64,000 nt of DNA. It comes from Nitrosopumilus sp. (GTDB taxonomy: Archaea; Thermoproteota; Nitrososphaeria; Nitrososphaerales; Nitrosopumilaceae). Where the stretch lies: assembly GCA_965214775.1 (NCBI GenBank), contig OZ243974.1:352001-416000 (forward strand), in the 5' to 3' direction. The notes under the pieces were generated by a model, which did not search any database, was not told where the DNA came from, and saw only the letters and a list, made by a program, of their open reading frames with translations. Made by a program: the position numbers and the translations under genes. Every line of letters starts with the position of its first letter. Position 1 is the stretch's first letter. Of the stretch, positions 1 to 12,000 are shown piece by piece.

Positions 1-3000
1 GCGCTGACGCCGACGTATGATGTGCCGGTCTGGCGCATCGGTGCCGTAAACGTCATGTACCAGTCAGTCGCCTCGCCCGTGGCTGCAGCCCGGGTTACGC
101 CGTCCCCGGCGGTGCGCACCGAGACCCAGAGGCTGTCGGAGACGGGTCCGGCGTCGATTGTTACGAGTCCGGCAGAACAGTCCCACGATATTGAGGCTAT
201 GTATGCGGGATCCACGAATTTTCCCCGGCCGGTGTGGTTGAAGTGTTGGCCTACGCTACCTTCTCCGGTACCTCCTTGATCGCCTATGGGACTCCTGTTG
301 TCGTTGCCGTCGTCGTCGTTGTCATCATCATCGCCGGCTCGGATAAGCTCGGTGAGTATGATCGGGTTGTCCGGCGATTCCTCTATCGGGTTGCCCAGTA
401 TGTCCGATACTGCGGCGGTGGAGATGTCCAGCTGCGGCGTGCCCATCGGGATCACCCGATTTAGTTGTGACTCGACAAGCGTGAGCGAAAGGGTCTCGAC
501 ATCGGCTGACGAAAAGTCCATCTCGGCACCATCAAGCAGCACGGTGTTTGTCTGGCCCTCGTCGCTGACATACAGCAACGACAGGTTGGTGGCAGAAACG
601 TCTACCGTCTCGCTGAAGGCGATAGTCATGGCGCCCGTGTTCTCATCAAGTGTAGCCGAGGAAAAGGCGGGCCTGTCGTTCTCGATGAGCGCTATCGGGT
701 TGTCCGGCGACTCATCTATCGGGATGCCCAGCAGATCCGATACTGCGCCGGTGGAGATGTCCAGCTGCGGCGTGCCCATCGGGATCACATGACGCAGCTG
801 GGAGCCGGCAAGGGTAAGGGAGAGGGTCTCGACATCGGCTGACGAAAAGTCCATCTCGGCACCATCAAGTGGGATCGTATTTGTCTGGTTCTCGTCACTA
901 ATGTACAGCAGCGACAGACCGGTTGCCGATATGTCAACGGTCTCGCTGAAGGTGACTGTCATGGCGCCCGTGTTCTCATCAAGGGTCGCCGATGTAAAGG
1001 TAAGAGGCGGTAATCTGTCGCTGACATGTACGATCCTGGTCACCTGATCCGGCTCGTTGCCTGCAGCATCTGCCGGCGCAGTATAGGTTACGGTGTATGT
1101 ATTTACCGAGTCGACGTCTACCGTGTCGCCTCCGACGGTGGCCTCGGTGGTGGAGTACGCGCGATCGTTGTCAGATACGGTGGCGCCCTGCTCGGTGTAG
1201 GTGCCTCCAAGCTCGACTGTGACGTTCTGGTCGCCTGTAAGAGTGATGACGGGTTTTGTTGTGTCGCGCACCTGAACCGTCCTGGAGGCCATGCCCTTGT
1301 TGCCCTCCCCGTCAGTGGCGCTGAAGTTTACGATATAGTCGCCTTTCACGTAGACGTCGACTGCCGTGGAATTGATGATCACTGTAGAGCCGTCGTCTGC
1401 CGTGGCGCCCGGATCCGTGTAGGGACTGTCGCCCATCTCGTGGGCCAGCGGGTTGTCGCCGTCAAGCGTGATTATAGGGGCGTTTGTATCCTGGACTATG
1501 ACGGTGCGGGTCACCGTATCGGGGACGTTGCCTGCAGCGTCCGCAGGCGCCGAGTATGTTATCGTGTAGGTGGCCACCGAACCGGTGTCGACTGCGCCGG
1601 ACGGGGTTGCGGTCCCGGCGTACAGGCGATCGTTGTCAGTCACCGTGGCGCCTTGCTCCGTGTATGTGTCGCCCTTTTCGATCGTGATGTTCTGGTCCCC
1701 GGTAATCTCGATGACCGGCTTTGTGGTGTCGCGCACCTGAACCGTCCTGGAGGCCATGCCCTTGTTGCCCTCCCCGTCAGTGGCGCTGAAGTTTACGACA
1801 TAGTCGCCGTGCACGTAGACGTCGACTGCCGTGGAATTGATGATCACTGTAGAGCCGTCGTCTGCCGTGGCGCCCGGATCCACGTACGGGGAGTCGCCCA
1901 TCTCGTGCTCAAGCGGGTTGGCGCCATTAAGGGTGATTATAGGGGCGTTTGTATCCTGGACTATGACGGTGCGGGTCACCGTATTGGGTATGTTGCCCGC
2001 GCCGTCTGCAGGCGCCGTATAGGTTACGGCGTATCTTCCCACGGAACCGGTGTCGACGGTGGCGCCCCCGACTGCCGCCTCGGTGGTCGTGTACGCCGGG
2101 TCGTTGTCAGATACCGTGGCGCCCTGCTCGGTGTACGTGCCGCCCTTTTCGATCGTGATGTTCTGGTCGCCTGTAAGAGTAATGACGGGCTTTGTGGTGT
2201 CCTGCACCTTCACGGCCCGGGTGGCCGTCGCCGTGTTGCTTGACGGATCGGTGGCAGTGTAGGTGACGGTATAGTCGCCGGACCGGCCGGCGTCCACGCC
2301 GGCAGAGTCGTTTGTCACAGTCCCGTCGTAGAGCGGATCGTTGTCGGTGGCAGTGGCGCCGGCGTCCGTGTAGTCGTCTCCCAGCTCGACTGTGGCCGGA
2401 TCATCGCCGGCTACGGAGATGACCGGCTTCGTGGTGTCGCGCACCTGCACGGTCCTGGAGGCCATGCCCTTGTTGCCCTCCCCGTCAGTGGCGCTGAAGT
2501 TTACGATATAGTCGCCTTTCACGTAGACGTCGACTGCCGTGGAATTGATGATCACTGTAGAGCCGTCGTCTGCCGTGGCGCCCGGATCCGTGTAGGGACT
2601 GTCGCCCATCTCGTGGGCCAGCGGGTTGTCGCCGTCAAGCGTGATTATAGGGGCGTTTGTATCCTGGACTATGACGGTGCGGGTCACCGTATCGGGGACG
2701 TTGCCTGCAGCGTCCGCAGGCGCCGAGTATGTTATCGTGTAGGTGGCCACCGAACCGGTGTCGACTGCGCCGGACGGGGTTGCGGTCCCGGCGTACAGGC
2801 GATCGTTGTCAGTCACCGTGGCGCCTTGCTCCGTGTATGTGTCGCCCTTTTCGATCGTGATGTTCTGGTCCCCGGTAATCTCGATGACCGGCTTTGTGGT
2901 GTCGCGCACCTGAACCGTCCTGGAGGCCATGCCCTTGTTGCCCTCCCCGTCAGTGGCGCTGAAGTTTACGACATAGTCGCCGTGCACGTAGACGTCGACT

Positions 3001-6000
3001 GCCGTGGAATTGATTGTCACGGCAGAGCCATCATCTGTAGTGGCGCCCGGATCCGTGTACGGGGAGTCGCCCATCTCGTGCTCAAGAGGGTTGTCGCCGT
3101 CAAGCGTGATTATAGGGGCGTTCGTATCCTGGACTATGACGGTTCTAGTCACAGTATCGGGGACGTTGCCCGCCTCGTCTGCCGGCGCGGTATAGGTTAC
3201 GGCGTATCTTCCCACGGAACCGGTGTCGACGGTGGCGCCCCCGACTGCCGCCTCGGTGGTCGTGTACGCCGGGTCGTTGTCAGATACCGTGGCGCCCTGC
3301 TCGGTGTACGTGCCGCCCTTTTCGATCGTGATGTTCTGGTCGCCTGTAAGAGTGATGACGGGCTTTGTGGTGTCCTGCACCTTCACGGCCCGGGTGGCCG
3401 TCGCCGTGTTGCTTGACGGATCGGTGGCAGTGTAGGTGACGGTATAGTCGCCGGACTGGTCGGCGTCCACGTTGACAGAGTCGTCTGTCACAGTCCCGTC
3501 GTAGAGCGGATCGTTGTCGGTGGCAGTGGCGCCGGCGTCCGTATAGTCGTCTCCCAGCTCGACTGTGGCCGGATCATCGCCGGCTACGGAGATAGTCGGC
3601 GGCGTCGTGTCGCGCACCTGCACGGTCCTGGAGGCCATGCCCTCGTTGCCCTCCCCGTCGGTGGCGCTGAAGTTTACGACATAGTCGCCGTGCACGTAGA
3701 CGTCGACTGCCGTGGAATTGATGATCACTGCAGAGCCATCATCTGTAGTGGCGCCCGGATCCGTGTACGGGGAGTCGCCCATCTCGTGCTCAAGAGGGTT
3801 GTCGCCATTAAGGGTGATTATAGGGGCGTTCGTATCCTGGACTATGACGGTTCTAGTCACAGTATCGGGGACGTTGCCCGCCTCGTCTGCCGGCGCGGTA
3901 TAGGTTACGGCGTATCTTCCCACGGAACCGGTGTCGACGGTGGCGCCCCCGACTGCCGCCTCGGTGGTCGTGTACGCCGGGTCGTTGTCAGATACCGTGG
4001 CGCCCTGCTCGGTGTACGTGCCGCCCTTTTCGATCGTGATGTTCTGGTCGCCTGTAAGAGTGATGACGGGCTTTGTGGTGTCCTGCACCTTCACGGCCCG
4101 GGTGGCCGTCGCCGTGTTGCTTGACGGATCGGTGGCAGTGTAGGTGACGGTATAGTCGCCGGACTGGTCGGCGTCCACGTTGACAGAGTCGTTTGTCACA
4201 GTCCCGTCGTAGAGCGGATCGTTGTCGGTGGCAGTGGCGCCGGCGTCCGTATAGTCGTCTCCCAGCTCGACTGTGGCCGGATCATCGCCGGCTACGGAGA
4301 TAGTCGGCGGCGTCGTGTCGCGCACCTGCACGGTCCTGGAGGCCATGCCCTCGTTGCCCTCCCCGTCGGTGGCGCTGAAGTTTACGACATAGTCGCCGTG
4401 CACGTAGACGTCGACTGCCGTGGAATTGATGATCACTGCAGAGCCATCATCTGTAGTGGCGCCCGGATCCGTGTACGGGGAGTCGCCCATCTCGTGCTCA
4501 AGAGGGTTGTCGCCGTCAAGCGTGATTATAGGGGCGTTCGTATCCTGGACTATGACGGTTCTAGTCACCGTATCGGGGACGTTGCCTGCAGCGTCTGCCG
4601 GCGCGGTATAGGTTACGGCGTATCTTCCCACGGAACCGGTGTCGACGGTGGCGCCCCCGACTGCCGCCTCGGTGGTCGTGTACGCCGGGTCGTTGTCAGA
4701 TACCGTGGCGCCCTGCTCGGTGTACGTGCCGCCCTTTTCGATCGTGATGTTCTGGTCGCCTGTAAGAGTGATGACGGGCTTTGTGGTGTCCTGCACCTTC
4801 ACGGCCCGGGTGGCCGTCGCCGTGTTGCTTGACGGATCGGTGGCAGTGTAGGTGACGGTATAGTCGCCGGACTGGTCGGCGTCCACGTTGACAGAGTCGT
4901 TTGTCACAGTCCCGTCGTAGAGCGGATCGTTGTCGGTGGCAGTGGCGCCGGCGTCCGTATAGTCGTCTCCCAGCTCGACTGTGGCCGGATCATCGCCGGC
5001 TACGGAGATAGTCGGCGGCGTCGTGTCGCGCACCTGCACGGTCCTGGAGGCCATGCCCTCGTTGCCCTCCCCGTCGGTGGCGCTGAAGTTTACGACATAG
5101 TCGCCGTGCACGTAGACGTCGACTGCCGTGGAATTGATGATCACTGCAGAGCCATCATCTGTAGTGGCGCCCGGATCCGTGTACGGGGAGTCGCCCATCT
5201 CGTGCTCAAGAGGGTTGTCGCCGTCAAGCGTGATTATAGGGGCGTTCGTATCCTGGACTATGACGGTTCTAGTCACCGTATCGGGGACGTTGCCTGCAGC
5301 GTCTGCCGGCGCGGTATAGGTTACGGCGTATCTTCCCACGGAACCGGTGTCGACGGTGGCGCCCCCGACTGCCGCCTCGGTGGTCGTGTACGCCGGGTCG
5401 TTGTCAGATACCGTGGCGCCCTGCTCGGTGTACGTGCCGCCCTTTTCGATCGTGATGTTCTGGTCGCCTGTAAGAGTGATGACGGGCTTTGTGGTGTCCT
5501 GCACCTTCACGGCCCGGGTGGCCGTCGCCGTGTTGCTTGACGGATCGGTGGCAGTGTAGGTGACGGTATAGTCGCCGGACTGGTCGGCGTCCACGTTGAC
5601 AGAGTCGTTTGTCACAGTCCCGTCGTAGAGCGGATCGTTGTCGGTGGCAGTGGCGCCGGCGTCCGTATAGTCGTCTCCCAGCTCGACTGTGGCCGGATCA
5701 TCGCCGGCTACGGAGATAGTCGGCGGCGTCGTGTCGCGCACCTGCACGGTCCTGGAGGCCATGCCCTCGTTGCCCTCCCCGTCGGTGGCCTTGAATGTTA
5801 CGACATAGTCGCCGTGCACGTAGACGTCGACTGCCGTGGAATTGATTGTCACGGCAGAGCCATCATCTGTAGTGGCGCCCGGATCCGTGTACGGGGAGTC
5901 GCCCAGCTCGTGGCGCAGCGGGTTGGGTGGGTTGAGGTTTATGACAGGGGCAGTCATGTCGCTGACTGTGACTGTCCTGGTAACAGAATCGGGCATGTGG

Positions 6001-9000
6001 CCTGCGGCGTCTGCCGGGGCCGTGTAGGACACGACATAGGTTCCCAGCGAGTTTACGTCGACGGTGTCGCCGCCGACTGTCGCCTCGGTGGTCGTGTACG
6101 CAGGATCGTTGTCAGACACCGTGGCGCCCTGCTCGGTGTAGGTGCCGGTGCCCAGCTCGATCGTCATGGTCGCGGCCCCGTTTAGCGTAATGACCGGCTT
6201 CGTGGTGTCCTCGACGGTCACCGTCCTGTCCACGTCATCGGGCTCGTTGTTTGCGGCGTCTGCCGGGGCCGTGTAGGTTACCGTGTAGGTGCCCGCTGCG
6301 TTTGTGTTGACCGTGTCTCCCCCGACGGTCGCCTTGGTGGTTCCGTACGCCGGGTCGTTGTCGGAGACGGCGGCGCCCTGCTCTGTATACGTACCGGTGC
6401 CCAGCTCGACTGTCATAGTCGCGTTTCCTTTTAGTGTAATGACGGGGCTCGTGGTGTCGCGCACCTCGACTGTTCTGGTGGCAGTGCCGGTGTTGCTGCT
6501 CCCGTCAGTCGCGCTGAATCTGACAGTATAGTCTCCGCTCACGTTGACGTCGACGTCGGAGTCGTCGATGGTTACGTCCGAGTTGTCGCTTGCAGTGGCG
6601 CCCGGATCCACGTACGGGGAGTCGCCCAGCTCGTGGCGCAGCGGGTTGGGTGGGTTGAGGTTTATGACAGGGGCAGTCATGTCGCTGACTGTGACTGTCC
6701 TGGTAACAGAATCGGGCATGTGGCCTGCGGCGTCTGCCGGGGCCGTGTAGGACACGACATAGGTTCCCAGCGAGTTTACGTCGACGGTGTCGCCGCCGAC
6801 TGTCGCCTCGGTGGTCGTGTACGCAGGATCGTTGTCAGACACCGTGGCGCCCTGCTCGGTGTAGGTGCCGGTGCCCAGCTCGATCGTCATGGTCGCGGCC
6901 CCGTTTAGCGTAATGACCGGCTTCGTGGTGTCCTCGACGGTCACCGTCCTAGTCACGGGAACCGGCACGTTGCCTGCCGCGTCGGCCGGCGCCGTATAGG
7001 TTACGGCATAGTCCCCCTTGACGTCTGCGTTCACCGCTCCGGTGGCGGTTGCCGTCCCGTCATACGCAGGGTCGTTGTCAGTCACCACGGCACCCGGATC
7101 CTCATACTCGTCTCCCAGCTCGTGGGCCAGCGGATCAGAACCGTTGGGCGTGATCACCGGCGGCGTCGTGTCGCGCACCAGGACCGTCCTTTCGACGATC
7201 CTGGTGTTGCCGTGCGCGTCCGTGGCCGTATACGTCACGGCATAATCGCCCCGCTTGCTGACGTCTACGTCCGAGTGGTCTATGATCACCGGCGCGTCGT
7301 ACGCGGGATCGCTGTACAGTACCGTCGCGCCCGGATCCTTATATGGAGTCCCGAGCTCATGGGTCAGCGGGTCGTCGCCGACAAGCATGATTATCGGCCT
7401 TGCGTGAACGTTGGTGACCAGCTTCCACACCTGGATCCCGTCCTCGCCGGAGGAGACCGTCACCGCGTACGCGTTGCCGCGAAGCTCAAATGCGTCCACG
7501 CCGCGGGTGTCCCGAAGTAGATCGTCCTCGCCGGCCAAAAGATCTCCCGCAAAGACAGGAATGTCCGGATTCGATATGTCGATTAGTCTCAGTCTGTCGT
7601 CAGAGCCCGACGCTATGACCCCGTATGTCGTGCCGCCTATCTCGAATATGTCCAGATCGCGGTTGTCTGCGCGTATCAGTGGGGCGATGCCGCCCTCGTA
7701 CCTCAGCTGCCCGGCAGGCTGCAGATTCCGCGGGTCGGTAATGTCGACAATCTGGAGGCCCGCGCCGAGAAGCGAGGTTATGGCCGCGTAGGTGTTGTCG
7801 CCGGACTCGAAGATGTCCACGTCACGGGTGTCCTCAAGCAGCAGTTCGTCGGTATCCGTCAGAGTTCCAAGGACCGTCGGGCTCATGGGGTCGGTGACAT
7901 CGAAGATCACGATGTCATATGTTGTAGGCTGTACGAGTATGGAGGATCTGGTAACGATCCCGTACGTGTTCTGTCCCTTCTTGTACGTATCGACCGCGAT
8001 GGGGCTGATGCCACGCCAGTCGGTCTCAGGCCCGCCCAGATGGCCTGCCGCCGTGATGTTGGCAGGGTTCGTGATGTTCAGTACCTGCAGGCCGTTCTCC
8101 TTGAATGCGGTGACTATCGCGTAGGTAAGGTCGCCTATCCTGAAGATGTCCACGGTCCTGCTGTCGGTGAGCAGCGTGGGATTGGGTTCGGTTCTGTCCT
8201 CGAAGGATCCCGCGGGCAGGGGGTCGGTGGGATCGGTGATGTCTACCAGCTGGAGGCCGTGATTCTCCATTTCGGATGCTACGGTGGCCGCATATATCCT
8301 GTCTTTCAGCATGAAGATGTCGATGTCGCGCACGCCCTCAAGCAGCAGATCTTCGTTGTCTGATATCCGGCCTGCCGGGATCGGGGCGTCCGGGTCCGTG
8401 ACGTCGACTATCTGGAGGAAGGACTCGCTGTCGGAGGTCGCTACCGCGTATGTGCCCCCGCCCGTCTCATAGGTGTCCACCGCGTAGGCGGAGCCAAGAT
8501 GCAGGCCCGGATCGGTGCTCAGACTCCCCCTGGGAATTGGGCTGGCGGGGATCGCGATGTCTACGATCTGGATGCCGTTCTCTTCCCTAGAGATCACTAT
8601 CGCGTGGACGGAGCCGTCTAGCTCGAACGTACGCACTACGTTGGCGTCTTTAAGTAGTGTGTATTCCGTGTCAGGCAGGAATCCTGCTGCGAGCGGCATC
8701 TTCGGATCGGTGATGTCGACCAGCTGGAGGCCGTGATCGCTTGAGGATGCCACGGCCGCGTAGGTGCTGCCGCCTATCTGAAACGTGTCAACGTCCGACG
8801 CACCGCCAAGCAGCAGTTCGCCGGTGTCTGCAAGCTGCCCTACAGCCGCAGGATTGTCAGGAGTGGTGACGTTGATTATCTGAAGGCGGCCCGGAGTGGA
8901 TATGGATGTCACGGCCGCGTAGGTGCTGCCGTCCGCCTCAAAGACGTTCACGCCGGTGGAGTACAGGAGAGGCACCTCGCTGGTGTGCAGCACGCGTCCG

Positions 9001-12000
9001 GCATTTTCAGGAGTATCAGGATCGGTGATGTCGACCAGCTGTAGGCCGCCTTCGTCTAAGGAGGTCACGGCCGCGTAGGTGCTGCCGCCTATCTGAAACG
9101 TGTCCACGTCCGACGCACCGCCAAGCTGCAGGTCGTCGCTGTCTGCAAGCTTGCCGGCAGCTGTAGGGCTACCCGGATCGGTGATGTCGACTATCTGGAG
9201 GCCGCCTGCTCCGAATGAGATCACGGCCGCGTAGGTGCTGCCGCCTATGGCAAATGTGTCAACGTCGACGACATCATCAAGCAGCAGGTCGTCGCTGTCT
9301 GTAAGATTGCCGGCAGCTGTAGGGCTACCCGGATCGGTGATGTCGACTATCTGGAGGCCATCTTCTTTATTGGATGTCACGGCTGCGTAAATGTTGTTGT
9401 CTATCCTGAATGTGTCGACTCCGTGCGCCTCGCCCAGCAACACGCTGTCGTCTTCTGCAAGTTGTCCTTCTATTATGGGCCTGTTCGCGTTGTTAACGTT
9501 GACAATCTGGAGGCCTCCGCTCTTGTCGGAGGTCACCGCCGCGTACTTGCCCCCTCCTGTCTCAAATACGGCAACATCCTTTGCAGACTCGAGCAGCATG
9601 AACGAGTCGTTCGTGATGTCCGCCGTCGTCACCGTGTTGAGTACCACCGTGACGGGGTTGTCAGCCGACTCGCTTATGGCGTTTCCAACGACGTCGTATA
9701 CCGCGCCGGCCCCTATGTCGATCTGCGGGGTGCCCATGCGGATCACCAGCAGGCGCTGGAGCTCGTCAAGCTCCAGCGATATCGTCTCCGGGCGGCTCTC
9801 GTCAGATACCTGGACGGCATCATCCAGCGAGACCTCGCTGTCCTGTCCCGTCTCGCTCACGTGTAGCAGGGCCAGGTCCGTCCGGGAGCCGTCCAGTGGC
9901 TCGCTGAACGTGATCGACAGCACGCCCTCGTTCTGGTCAAAAAAGGCCGACACGAACGCCGGACCCAACGTATCCCGCGCGTGCAGCTTGACAATCTGGA
10001 GGCCGCCGTCGACTCCGGATGTAACTGCCGCGTAGACGGATCCGTCCAGCTCGAACATATCCACGCGGTTTGCGCCTCCAAGCAGCGTGTCTATCGTGTC
10101 AGTCAGGACTCCTGCTGTGGCCGGCTTCCTCGGATTGCTGATGTCGACTACCCGGAGACCGTCGTCGGCGGGGGAGGTCACGACAGCGTAGACGGATCCG
10201 TCTATCCGAAACGTGTCCACGTCCTGCGCGTCGTCAAGCGACAGCGGGTCACCGTCCGCTAGGCTTCCGACGACGGCCGGACTGGCCGGGTTCGTGACAT
10301 CGATTATGACAAGGTTGTCATCGGATGCTGATACAGCTACCGCGTACGTCCTGCCATCCGCCTCAAAGATGTCCATTCCCTTGAGAACCGACAGCAGCTG
10401 GTCAGGAGTGGAGGGCGGCACCTGTCCGGCCGCTGTCGGGTTGTCAGGATCGGTGACATCAATTATCTGGAGGCCGCCTTCAGTAAGGGATGTCACGGCC
10501 GCGTATGTGTTGCTGCCTATCCGAAACGTGTCCACGTCATAGGCGCCGCCAAGCAGCAGCTCGTCCTCACCCGGCGGGTCTGTAGGCTCTGTGTCTTCAA
10601 GCTGCCCGGCCGCTGTCGGGTTGTCAGGATCGGTGACATCAATTATCTGGAGGCCGCGGCTCTCAAGGGAGATCACGGCCGCGTATGTGTTGCTGCCTAT
10701 CCGAAACGTGTCCACGTCCCACGCGCGTTCAAGATACAGGGAGCCGTCCTCTATGCTTCCGGCGGCGGCCGGACTGGCCGGGTCCGTGACGTCGACCAGC
10801 TGGAGACCGTCCTCGCCGCGCGAGGTCACCGCCGCGTACGTCCTGCCGTCGGCCTCGAAGATGTCCACACCGAGTGCGCCGCCAAGCAGGATCTGCTCGT
10901 TGTCCTGCAGGCCTCCCGCGGGTACCGGATGCGCGGGATCGGTGATGTCGACCAGCTGGAGACCGCCCTCCACGCGCGAGGTCACCGCCGCGTACGTCCT
11001 GCCGTCGGCCTCGAAGACGTCCACGTGATCGGTTTTGCGTAGCAGCAGGTCGCCGCCGTCGGCCAGGCTTCCGGATGGCTCCGGATGATCCGGGCCGACG
11101 TACGCCACGGGGTTGTCTGCCGACTCGTCTATGGCGTTTCCGGCAAGGTCCCTGACGGCACCGGTGGCTATATCGATCTGCGGTTCGGTCATGGCGATCA
11201 CGGCGCGCAGCTGCTGCTCGCCTAGCGTGACGGAGAACGATGCCGAGTCGGCGGCGTTCGGATCATGGCCCATGCCGGCCAGAGGTATCTGGTTGTCCTG
11301 TTCCGCCTCGCTGATGTACAGCATGCCGGCGTCCGTCTCCGAGGCATCCAGGATCCCATCAAAGTATATCGTCAGATCCCCCGTCTCCACGTCCAGGTAG
11401 GCGCTCTCAAATGCAGGCTTTGTGACATCCGGCACGACGTCTATCGTGTTGCCCTCGGAGGCCGTGATGTATTGCCCGTCCAGATCCGTCACAGCGCCGT
11501 CCCCGATATCGAGATGCGGCGTATCCAGCGCGATGACGTCCCGCCACTGGGACACCGTAAGCGTAAGCCTGATCGAGACTGTCTCCGAATCGTCCCCACG
11601 GTCGTAAACCGTGGCGCCTGCCAGGCTGACGCTGTCCTGTCCCGGACTGCCAATGTGCAGCCGCGACGTGTGGATCGCGTTGACGTAGACCTTCTCGTCA
11701 AACGTCACGGTCAGTACGCCCGTGTTCTCGTCGAATTCGGCTGACTCGAATTCCGGTCTGAGGGACTCTAGCTTGACGACCTGAAATCCTTCGTTGGAGG
11801 ACACGGCAACGTGCGTGTCGCCGTCGGCCTCAAAGACGGCCACGTCACGGACACGTTTAAGCAGCAGGGAGTTGCTGTCGGACAAGCTCCCTGCGGTGAA
11901 AGGGCTGTACGGATCGGTGACGTCGACAAGCTGAAGAGTGCTGCGCGTGGGGAACGCTACCACCGCGTAGGTTCTTGCGTCCACCACGGCTATTCCCACC

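Noticed and set aside
1030-7000. Diversity-generating retroelement TR/VR pair
   Set aside because: No reverse transcriptase; the repeats are tandem coding units with no evident adenine-specific variation.
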